Notes under the pieces: model-generated
Seen by the model: only the letters and a program-made list of their open reading frames with translations
Told to the model about the DNA's origin: nothing
The model's database searches: none
Translations under genes and position numbers: made by a program
In this document: positions 13,690 to 24,088 of the stretch, piece after piece
Numbering within the stretch: position 1 is the first letter of the stretch
How the letters are laid out: each line of letters opens with the position of its first letter
Origin: Octopus sinensis
Lineage: Eukaryota
Assembly: GCF_006345805.1 (NCBI RefSeq)
Contig: NC_043009.1
Coordinates: 46,872,001 to 46,936,000, forward strand
Direction of reading: 5' to 3'
DNA length: 64,000 nt

Positions 13690-15465
13690 CACAGAAAAAA
13701 ATAATCCTAACATCGGGCTACACAAATAACCTTAGATGCCAAGAACCCTCCTAAGTATCTTAGCTGTCCCTAATAACACTATTTTCTGGAGTTGTGATAA
13801 ATTTACTTACTATATGAGTAACGCTTTCCTCTTTTCATTTGTATAATCTACATTGGGAATATTCTTGATTTTTGTCTATTTTGGATTTTATCCAATTGGT
13901 ACTTAAAGCTTGATCTTATGCAGCTACTAACAAACTTTCTCCCACTTCAGCTTTCCCTTCTGCAGCCATAACCATGACTCGCTACTACTATTTGTTGAAA
14001 CTATCTTTGGGAATCTACCATACAACGCCTTCTCCTGCTAGTCAGATAATTTCTGTTATTTTTTTCTGGTTTTTAAGTTCGTTTGGTGTTTTGGTTTCTC
14101 TATGTCTTGCTAGCAGTTTTTAATAAACTTTCTTCACTATATTGAATTCCTTCCTAGCTCTTCTGCCTAGCTTTACTAATTCAGATTTTTGTCCAATCTA
14201 CAAAAGCTACTGAATATCTAAGTATTAACAGTGCACAAGTATTTACAGCCTTCACCAGATTCGGACCATTTAGCTATGGCTTCATTAGCTTCCTCGCCCT
14301 TCTGATATAATCCTTCTCAATTGTTGCTTTAATTTCTGTAGTTGGTACTCTCTCAGATTCTAATACTTCTAGATACTTATAACTCTCTCTTCCTTTCAAT
14401 AATTTCAATGTATGGCCGTCTGATAATTGGATTCCTCGCTACTGACTACCTGTCCCCTTTTCATGATTAATATTGCAGTTATCTGTACTTGTATCTGAAG
14501 AGTCTTACAGTCTGTGTTAAGGAATCTATCTCTTTTTCATTGTTACTAAAACGTTTCAGGTCATCCATGTAAGGCAAATGATTAATTTTTTCCATTACTC
14601 TTTCTGAACTGATACCCTCCCTTTGCCTTCCTTAATACAAAAAAAAACCTGGGCGGGGTATCAGCATAAAACAAATATTAAAGGGGACAACGAGTCCCCC
14701 TGAAAAATTCCTCTTTTTATATTGACTTTCCCTAAACTTCATATAGAACTGCTTTGTCTATATATAATAGATCATGCGTTCTTCTAGACGTTGTTCTGGT
14801 TGTCAAGGTGCTCGTAAATGCTTTCTGAAAGCATTCCTGTTAACAGCTTCCACACTAATAGTAAGCAAGAGATTGCTCTATAGTTGCTAGCTGTATTACC
14901 CTTGATCTTATCCTTCTTAATGAGTATTATCCTCCCACTAGTCATCCAATCTGGTATTATTCCTCCATCAAGGCAATCCTGAAGTTGTTCCTTCAACATC
15001 CCATGTAAACTACTGAATTTCTTTTGCCAGTACCCTTGAACTAAATCTGGTCCTGGGCCCTTCCAATTCGGCATTTTTCTTATCATTTTACTCATTAATG
15101 CACTAGTTAATCTTAGATCTGGCTGCTTCTCACTCACTACTTCTTCCTTCACTGTCTTTAACCATACTACATCTCCATTATGACTGACTGGTTTATCCCA
15201 AATATTACTCCAGAACTTTTTAGCTTCTTCTGCATTAAGTTTCTCATCTTGAGTACTTCGTTCAGGTTCGGTCGGATTCCTGGTAGGATTTATGTGGATA
15301 GCGGGTTACTACCTCTAACTTAGGTATCCACAAGTTTTCAGCAGCCTTTCATGTGCTTAGAACCTTGTTGATAATCTTTGCTCTCCCTAAGAGAGAAACC
15401 TTCTGTAGGAGCTCTACCTAGCATTCTATTTCAATCTCATTCAGTCATTTGTCTATATCTTTGCC
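13690..15465 (-). mobile_element. Internally deleted R4/Dong-like element (subfamily D)
   Basis: RKMPNWKGPGPDLVQGYW...NYRAISCL; IKRGIFQGDSLSP; NHLPYMDDLK; SWLWLQKGKLK; LGTAKILRRVL*. Confidence 0.85.
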
Positions 15466-15523
15466 AAGGCTCGACCTTTACTGTACGTATGCTCCAAATT
15501 CTTCCTATTTCAAAATTTAAGGG

Positions 15524-15585
<62 letters not shown>

Positions 15586-15726
15586 TTTCTTTATCTTCTT
15601 GTTTCAACACGATCCTGAAATCAAACGGGTATGATGGGTCGACAAATAAGCGACTTCGCTTTTCCCTATCTATAATTGTTGTCTGGTGTATTATTTTCTA
15701 ACACCTTGTCCGTTTGAATAGGAAAT

Positions 15727-15845
15727 TATTGTTGTTGTTGTTCTTCTTCTTCTTCTTCTTTTTCTTCTTCTTCTTCTTATTCTTCTTATTCTTCTTATTC
15801 TTATTCTTATTCTTATTCTTCTTCTTCTGCTTCTTCTTCTTCTTA
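15727..15845. repeat. (GTT)(CTT)n(CTTATT)n compound microsatellite at the 3' side of subfamily C
   Basis: Read directly from the sequence. Confidence 0.9.
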
Positions 15846-15847
15846 TC

Positions 15848-17050
15848 ATTTTCCGATTGATTTGCATTTTATTCCTTCCACCGACCGAGTCTCAATCAGA
15901 ACCTATATTAGATGGAGAGAAACTTCCTGAGAATGTGGGCGGTTGATGTCAACATATATCTTTAGTCTCATAGATTGTTAGTTTTCCAGGGATCTGGTCG
16001 TCAGTACCTTTCATGATAATTCCCAGGGCACCTATAACAACAGGGATGGTTTTGGTTTCTTATTGTCACGTCCTAGATATCTCAATCTCAAGATCCTTAT
16101 ATTTTGACAATTTTTCAAATTCTTATGCTGAGATGTTTCTATCAGTCGGTACTGCCATATCAATTAACAGATATGTTTCTTTTTGGGGGTCTTGGATGAC
16201 GATGTCTGGTCTGTTACCATTTATTTGCTTGTTTATGTATATTTCATAATCTCATAAGACTGTAACATTCTCTCCGCCAGTGAATGGATCTAGATGTTGT
16301 TCAGACAAGTTCCTAGGGTGTGGGAGACCATAGTGACAGCGTATATTCTCCAGTGCAAGTATTGGCCAACTCTATCATGCCTAGTTTTATATTCTATAGG
16401 GGCAAGAAGTGAGCAATCAGCAACAATGTGTCCAATACTCTCAAGTTTGTCATTGCAGAGTCTACACTTAGTGTTTATCTTAGCGTGTGGCAATAGCTTG
16501 ATAGTTCCTGGTGAGAAGACTCTGATTTTGTGCCACTAGGATAGATTCTTCTGTTTCGGCGTTCAAACAAACACTCTGCAGCTACTGATAGTTTCTTCTT
16601 ATATCTGTATCAGCTTCCCCAACTCGTTTGGAATATTGACGATGCAATGGATTTTCTTACCAGTCTTGATTTTTCCTTCAAGCTTTCGTGTTTGGCTTTT
16701 GTTTTTCTTATTTTCTTGCTTTATTGGGTAGTACATCTTCCTTATCATCATAATCAGAGAGGTAAAGCTCTCGTCTATACTTATATGCCTCCTTTGAGAT
16801 TGGGTGTAGTCTCTTACTCTGAACGTATTGCCTTACCACCTGTATCATCCAGTCGGTGTTACTTTGGATGTACACTTGAAGTCCTATCGTGGTCGGTTTA
16901 TATGACGTTTCAAGCTGGATTAGACATCTACTGCCTTCATTTCGTGAAAGATAGAGCCTGTGGACGTCTGATTTTGGGTGGTGCATCCTGCTTAGTGTCA
17001 ATAGTTTCCTGGGTTTAAGTCCATACTTTGGAGTTCACGCAGATTCCAAT
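15848..17050 (-). mobile_element. 5'-truncated R4/Dong-like element (subfamily C)
   Basis: MHHPKSDVHRLYLSRNEG; TKCRLCNDKLESIGHIVADC...RHDRVGQYLHW; RPDIVI; VIGALGII. Confidence 0.88.
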
Positions 17051-17104
17051 TGATGTCTTTAAGGCTATATAGGATAACTGTGAAATTAATTTCTCTCTTT
17101 TATC

Positions 17105-17122
17105 ATTTTCTTCTCTTTTTCT

Positions 17123-17154
<32 letters not shown>

Positions 17155-17173
17155 TTCTTCTTCTTCTTTCTTC

Positions 17174-17225
<52 letters not shown>

Positions 17226-17272
17226 CATCATCATCATCATTATCATCATCATCATCAACATCATCATCATCT
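17105..17272. repeat. (CTT)n(ATT)n(CAT)n compound microsatellite
   Basis: Read directly from the sequence. Confidence 0.95.
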
Positions 17273-19102
17273 ACTCTGACTACATGAAAGTAAGTGTCTT
17301 CATTTACCTTACTCATAAAGCCAGTTAATTTCTATACAGTTTCTTGTAGTACCATTTCTTTTATATTCCCTATATAATCATGGATATTTTTTATGTATTT
17401 CTCTGATTCTCTTCTACCATTCGCAAGACACCTATAATTAACGCTGATTGTTTCTAGTTTCGAGACTCACATTCTGGTCATCTCCAGTACTGGAATATTT
17501 TACCGTTTCTTTCATAGAATTAACACACCAATTAAAAGCATCGTTGTTTTTTTCTTTTCTTTTGTTGTTGTACAGCTCTTCCAACCTTTGGAAATGGATA
17601 AGCATTACAGAATATCATTCATATTTTCCTAGAATTCTAGGACTCTGCGACACTTGTTATTGCGACAGTTACAATATTGATTCACTGAGAAGAAGTAAAT
17701 TGTTTTGGAAACTGTGTCAATGATATTGCCATAGCAATGATATTTTAAAATTTCACATTGATTTCCCCAAATGTGTCTCTAAGACTTTTCTATAACTCTT
17801 AATATTAGATTAATATCTGATTTTCAAGACATATTAAAGTATCTTCCCATAATTTTTTCTACCCTTAATGCTAGTTTCTGTGGAGACGATTTCTGCTGTG
17901 TCCTATATTTGTTTTAATGAGGTGATATCAATTCTTTTTAGTTGGAATATTATTAAGATTATGAGTGTATGTTGTATGTCTATTGCACAAAAGAATATTT
18001 TTGCTGTGTTGACTAATGTCGCAGTTTGTCTAATTTTATAGAAAATCTAAAGAACGAAATATAGTATCCATATTTAAGACTGTGTAGCTTATTCCATTTT
18101 AGTTACTTTCTTTGTATTTTATCTCCATTAACGTTCTTTCAAAGCGGACTAATAATCGAAGGAATTCTAGTGATTAGCGTCCTGCTTCATTTGAAGGCAT
18201 AATGTATCCAGGGATGTATCATCCAACGTGATGATAGGTCGTGGTTTGAAGTATGTCTGACTGTTATTTCTAGAAAATCGAACGACCAGGTAGAGAATTC
18301 TTCGTTAGTTCTTCTAATTCTAATTAGATACAATGGGTTAATATAACGCAGAGTTTTACGATGAGAGAAAGCATTGTATATTTGACAAGTGTTCGTTTGA
18401 GTTACGATACTGAGTTCAAATCGTCTTTCATGCCTTGTGATTGTTTACGTTACTCTTTTCTTCAACACGTAGCAATATGGTTTCTATCAAATGACCACGT
18501 TTTCTCAGCAGAAATGCCTGTTAGGAATTCTTACAAAAATAAAACTGAAGGGAATAACTGGGATCCAGATTGGGACTAAACAGCAGTAAACTGCATCAGA
18601 ATATTCTGTTTCAAGTACTTTTAATAATGATCGAACCATTGATAATTTTATCATATCACGATTATTCTAACAGAAAATATATTTAGAAAAATAGGAAAAA
18701 TATTATCATTAATAGAGTTCTAAGTTGAGTGTTACTTAATGGATTAGGTGGTCTGCCCATACTTATTAGTGTATATAATATACTTAACTCCACCCATATA
18801 GATATACATTAAAAATCTTGCCGTATACTCAGAGTCTCGGAACCTCGAGCACGTTATTTTATTTTATCTATTTGGTTTTTTTTTTGTTTTTTGGGGTTTT
18901 TTGTGGGTTCATTAGTGTTTCATAAGGTGTGAATTTTATACATTGGTCTGGATACCAACGCTTCGCAATAGCCTTACTAATGACGGGACTGCAATAGCGA
19001 AGATGTCCATTTGAAATCATCACAAATCATCTCGTCCGAAGGTCTAACAATTCCGCCAATCCACTTCCTGAATCATTGCCTTATTCATTGACGTTGATGT
19101 AA

Positions 19103-19484
19103 TGGAAGCACTCCGTCGGTTACGACGATGAGGGTTCCGGTTGATCCGATCAACGGAACAGCCTGCTCGTGAAATTAACGTGTAAGTGGCTGAGCACTCC
19201 ACAGACACGTGTACCCTTAACGTAGTTCTCGGGGATATTCAGCGTGACACAGAGAGTGACAAGGCCGGCCCTTTGAAATACAGGTACAACAGAAACAGGA
19301 AGTAAGAGTGAGAGAAAGTTGTGGTGAAAGAGTACAGCAGGGATCACCACCATCCCCTGCCGGAGCCTCGTGGAGCTTTAGGTGTTTTCGCTCAATAAAC
19401 ACTCACAACGCCCGGTCTGGGAATCGAAACCGCGATCCTACGACCGCGAGTCCGCTGCCCTAACCACTGGGCCATTGCGCCTCC
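19103..19484 (-). mobile_element. Full-length tRNA-derived SINE with 15-bp target-site duplication
   Basis: Minus strand starts GGAGGCGCAATGGCCCAGTGGTTAGGGCAGCGG...GGTTTCGATTCC (A and B boxes). TSD ttga(c/t)gttgatgtaa at 19088-19102 and 19485-19499. Confidence 0.92.
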
Positions 19485-19611
19485 TTGATGTTGATGTAAA
19501 GGTGATGTCAACAGCATTTGAACCTAAAAGGCCGAAACAAATATCTCAATGCAATGTATTCTGGTTGATACTGTAATGACTCTTCCCGTCCATTTCCTTA
19601 ATTATCTTTTT

Positions 19612-19830
19612 TTTTTACTTGTTTCAGTGATTAGACTGCAGTCATTTATGGGCGCCGCCTTGAGGGGGTTTTTAGTCGATTGAATCGACCCCAATCATTT
19701 TTAAAGCCCGGTACTTATTCTATTAGATCTCTTTTGCCGAACCGTTAAGTTATGGAGACATAAACAAACCAACATTGGTTATCAAGCGGTGGTCGGAGAC
19801 AAATGCATACAAAATGACACACACACATAC
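19612..19830 (-). mobile_element. 3' half of the composite SINE family
   Basis: gtttcagtgattagactgcagtc...gtacttattctattagatctcttttgccgaaccg matches the reverse complement of 8085-8245 and 42515-42680. Confidence 0.75.
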
Positions 19831-19846
19831 GTAGATATATACATAC

Positions 19847-19931
<85 letters not shown>

Positions 19932-19934
19932 GAC

Positions 19935-20070
19935 GGGGAGGATGACTCCCCTTCACAAATACTGACAAGACACAGATAGTGTGTCTATAGCCAGCTGAAG
20001 GAGATATCTTCCTGGGGCTACAAACTACAGTAGCATCCACCCTTATGGGTTAGCCATATTCAAATGGCAA
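19935..20070 (+). mobile_element. Diverged dispersed copy of part of the 356-bp HHR-bearing unit
   Basis: caaatact..aagacacagatagtgtgtctatagccagct...ctggggctacaaactacagtagca...ggttagccat aligns by eye with 23780-23905. Confidence 0.7.
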
Positions 20071-20147
20071 ATATGCAACACGATGTGTTACCGCTACTGT
20101 TTATAACTCGCTCTGAGATTTATCATTATATAGATATATATATATGA

Positions 20148-20292
20148 CAGACCCCTTTCAGTTTTCTTTTACCAAACCCACTCACAAGGCTATAGTAGAA
20201 ACCACTTCTCCAATGTGCCATGCATTAGGACTGAACCCGGACGCATTTGGTTTGGGAAGCAAGCTCCTTACCACACAACCACGCCTGCGCCT
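20148..20292 (-). mobile_element. 5' half of the composite SINE family
   Basis: Reverse complement ggcgcaggcgtggttgtgtggtaaggagcttgc...gggttcagtcct. Confidence 0.8.
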
Positions 20293-20591
20293 TGAAATTA
20301 AGTATATTAATCAATAAATAGATGTGTTTTGGTACCAACAAATAAGCAATACTCAGCATTGTTATTATCACATTCTGGAATGTTCTTTAAAAACTATTTT
20401 TGTAAAGAGAATCAAATAATCATATCACTCAAACTAACGCTTTGTTTCGCAGAGATGTCCTTTTAAAAGCGTTTTTTGACAATTTCACAAAAACGGGAAA
20501 AAGCATTGAATTCGACATCGAGAAATATTTGTATTTTCCGTGGGGGCAGATAACTTTAAACAACGGAATCTGCGATATACTGGCATTAGTT

Positions 20592-20890
20592 TGTTCTTTC
20601 TCTAGCCACGCCTGACTCATAAGGGTGGGTTTCCCGGGTTCTTTGGCGTATAGGTTCCCTACCTGGACGAGACGCCGGTCCGTCGCAGGTGAGCTGCAAG
20701 ATGCAGGAGGAAAGAGTGAGAGAAAGTTGTGGCGAAAGAGTCAGCAGAAGTTCGCCATTACCTTCTGCCAGAGCTGCGTGGAGCTTAGGTGTTTCGCTCA
20801 TTAACACACACTTCGCTCGGTCTCAGATTCGAACCCGCGATCCTATGACCGCGAGTCCGCTGCTCTAACCACTAGGCCATGTGCCTCCAC
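20592..20890 (-). mobile_element. Full-length tRNA-derived SINE with 13-bp TSD; same head as 19103-19484 but a different 3' part
   Basis: Head GTGGAGGCACATGGCCTAGTGGTTAGAGCAGCGG...GGTTCGAATC. Perfect TSD actggcattagtt at 20579-20591 and 20891-20903. Confidence 0.92.
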
Positions 20891-21711
20891 ACTGGCATTA
20901 GTTATGAAAGATAATTCACTACGATTGCGTCTTCAGCAATGATACGATGCCTTTGGAAATATAAATATCGAAAACTCTTGTTCCTTCAAGCAACTGAATA
21001 TAAATTGCTTGTTTTCTCAAAAGAAAACTAATATTTCTGCTGGAATGAACGATGGTGTGTCGGGTTAAATGTCTTTCAACATTCAGTTTAATTTCCATAT
21101 TTTAAGTTGAAAATTTTCCAGCCTTAATTTCGCTGTTCTGCTCTCCATTCATGCTAAAGTTATTACAACTTATACACTGAGAGATGTCACATCATCGTTG
21201 AAATTGGTTTCCATGCATATATTACATAAAAATTATATTTATCGCCGAAATATAGGAAACTTTCCACCAAAGCAAATTAGACGATGTCTCTGGTTCCTAC
21301 TGAAGATGTTTAATTTCTATCAAAGTATTCGCAGAAAATCTGGGAAGGTCAAACAGTCCATAATTTTCATATATTCTTCCTAGTTAAATGATACCACTTA
21401 TTTCTACCATTGCCCATAGGGTTTCCCCATTTTCTAAATGATAGCTGCTGTTTTTGCTTCGAATGTTCTTGAATAAGATCAAGATGAGAATGAGGCAAAA
21501 ATAGCCGTTATTATTGAGTTACGTCCCTCCTTGTTTCGATCTCATTAACAGCGTCTGATTCGATACGTTTTGTGTGACGGTGAATGAGCTTCGTGCGTCA
21601 TTAGCATTGAATATTCCCAACCAGCTCTGCAGGCGCATATCAGGAAAGCAAAATAATAATGATCACGTAATTGCCATAGATCCATCATCAGAGTTATTAA
21701 TACATACTTAT

Positions 21712-21752
<41 letters not shown>

Positions 21753-22295
21753 TGTGTGCGTGGAGGGGCGCATGCATGAAGGTTTGTGTATACATATATG
21801 TATATATACTGTATCGTATTAGATCAAATTTACTTTTAAATGCACATTTGTTCTTCTGTATCAAATATATGTCTTTTAGTAACACAAACATTGGGACACA
21901 TTCAACACGGAAAGGAAGAAGTGTTCCAGTAGTAAACATGGCTACATGTGGAAAACAGATGTAGGACTAGAGAGGATTTTCCTAGCAATCGTGTATTTAC
22001 TGTATTACTATTGTATTCGACAGCGTTTATATATAAGTATTGTTCTGTCGACGCCCCCGGACTATGAAGTAGACTAGCCCAATACGTAGATATACAGGGA
22101 GAAGTCTAGACGTCGGGAGTTGAGTAGAGGTCATCCGAACGTGCGATATAACAAGTATATATACATACTTATGGATATATCAGAGTGTGACCAAGTGTAT
22201 ATGTACGTGTAAATATGTATTCGTATATACATATTTAAATATTAGTTTACTAATATATCAATATTTATGTCCTCTGTTTTATATATATATATATA

Positions 22296-22525
22296 TTTCT
22301 TTACTACCCACAAGGGGTTAACCACAGAGGGGACAAACAAGGACAGACAAACGGATTAAGTCGATTATATCGAACCCAGTGCGTAACTGGTACTTAACTT
22401 ATCGACCCCGAAATGATGAAAGGCAAAGTCGACCTCGGCTGAATTTGAACTCAGAACGTAACGGCAGACGAAATACGGCTACGCATTTCACCCGGCGTGC
22501 TAACGTTTCTGCCAGCTCACCGCCT
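22296..22525 (-). mobile_element. tRNA-derived SINE (ggcggcgagctggcagaa family)
   Basis: Reverse complement of the family at 57717-58465; B-box gagttcaaattc and body gcctttcatc..tcggggtcgataa. Confidence 0.88.
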
Positions 22526-22528
22526 TTT

Positions 22529-22727
<199 letters not shown>

Positions 22728-23252
22728 CATGTATGTTATGTATACACTCACACAAGCACACACCTGTAACTTAATGCAATAAAGTGTTCCGTGGTGAGTC
22801 GTTCTGGTTCACCATCCAAATGCATGATGAACATGCAATGCAGGGTTACAAGCAACCATTATGATGGAACATAAGTAGGAACTAATAATATAAACATGTG
22901 CTTAACTTAATTTCTGCTATATCTACAGGTACATTTATGCAAATATCAATATATGTACATATATAAATAGGTGCGTATGTGTACGCATATATACATACTT
23001 ATATATATCTATATCTATATATATATATATATATATATATAGGCATAATTAAATCTCAGAATGAGATTGAAACAGTAATCGCTCGATAATGTAAAGTATA
23101 GAAGCCATCTTATCATGGCTAACTACATTGGGGAGGGGTGTTACTGTAGCTTTATAGCCCCAAGAGATCTTCGTCTATAGCTGGCTTTAGACACAATATC
23201 AGTGTCCTTGGAGTATTTGCAAAGGGAGGCCATCCCTTCCTCGCAAGCCTGA

Positions 23253-23309
23253 GTGATACGCTCGAACTAGTTTCGGGATTATTGTCCCTCGTCAACGGGC
23301 GGTAACCAC
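23253..23309 (-). ncRNA. Type I hammerhead ribozyme motif (U3 core variant), left arm
   Basis: Reverse complement GUGGUUACCGCCCG-UUGACGA-GGGAcaauaaUCCC-GAAA-CUAG-U-U-CGAGCGUAUCAC. Confidence 0.75.
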
Positions 23310-23709
23310 CAGGTCGCGATGAAAGTGAAGGCTGCTTTGCAAATATATATAAGTTTTTCTAATGGCGTCTGCCACTGATGTCGAAAACCGAACAGTAAGC
23401 ATAATTAAATCTCAGAACGAGATTGAAACAGTAATCGCTCGATAATGTAAAGTATAGAAGCCATCTTATCATGGCTAACCACATTGGGGAGGGGGTGTTA
23501 CTGTAGCTTTATAGCCCCAAGAGATCTTCGTCTCTAGTGGTTAGCCATGATAAGATGGCTTCTATACTTTACATTATCGAGTGATTACTGTTTCAATCTC
23601 ATTCTGAGATTTAATTATGCTTACTGTTCGTTTTTCGACATCAGTGGCAGACGCCATTAGAAAAACTTATATATATTTGCAAAGCAGCCTTCACTTTCAT
23701 CGCGACCTG

Positions 23710-23766
23710 GTGGTTACCGCCCGTTGACGAGGGACAACAATCCCGAAACTAGTTCGAGCGTATCAC
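23710..23766 (+). ncRNA. Type I hammerhead ribozyme motif (U3 core variant), right arm
   Basis: Core UUGACGA 23724-23730; stem II GGGA/UCCC 23731-23744; GAAA 23745-23748; palindromic stem III ACUAGU; predicted cleavage after GUU (23754); stem I CGCCCG/CGAGCG extended by GUGG..UA/UAUCAC. Confidence 0.75.
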
Positions 23767-23941
23767 TCAGGCTTGCGAGGAAGGGATGGCCTCCCTTTGC
23801 AAATACTCCAAGGACACTGATATTGTGTCTAAAGCCAGCTAGAGACGAAGATCTCTTGGGGCTATAAAGCTACAGTAACACCCCCTTCCCAATGTGGTTA
23901 GCCATGATAAGATGGCTTCTATACTTTACATTATATATATA

Positions 23942-23983
<42 letters not shown>

Positions 23984-24018
23984 TATATATATATACATAT
24001 ATATAAATATATATATAT

Positions 24019-24086
<68 letters not shown>

Positions 24087-24088
<2 letters not shown>

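Larger units (their letters stand above)
23043..23934. repeat. ~356-bp unit in tandem (about 1.4 copies) followed by an inverted ~1.1 copies; ~398-bp arms (23086-23482 and 23537-23934) with a 54-bp spacer; flanked by (TA)n
   Basis: gcataattaaatctcaga at 23043 and 23399 (period 356); gtggttagccatg at 23537 and 23894 (period 357). The right arm is the near-exact reverse complement of the left. Confidence 0.95.

Noticed and set aside
17572-17700. AG...GT-bounded stretch with one open frame after a pyrimidine tract
   Set aside because: No recognisable protein and no partner exons; splice-like signals are common by chance.
19410-19484. tRNA gene candidates at SINE heads
   Set aside because: They lack a complete acceptor stem and continue into SINE bodies bounded by TSDs.
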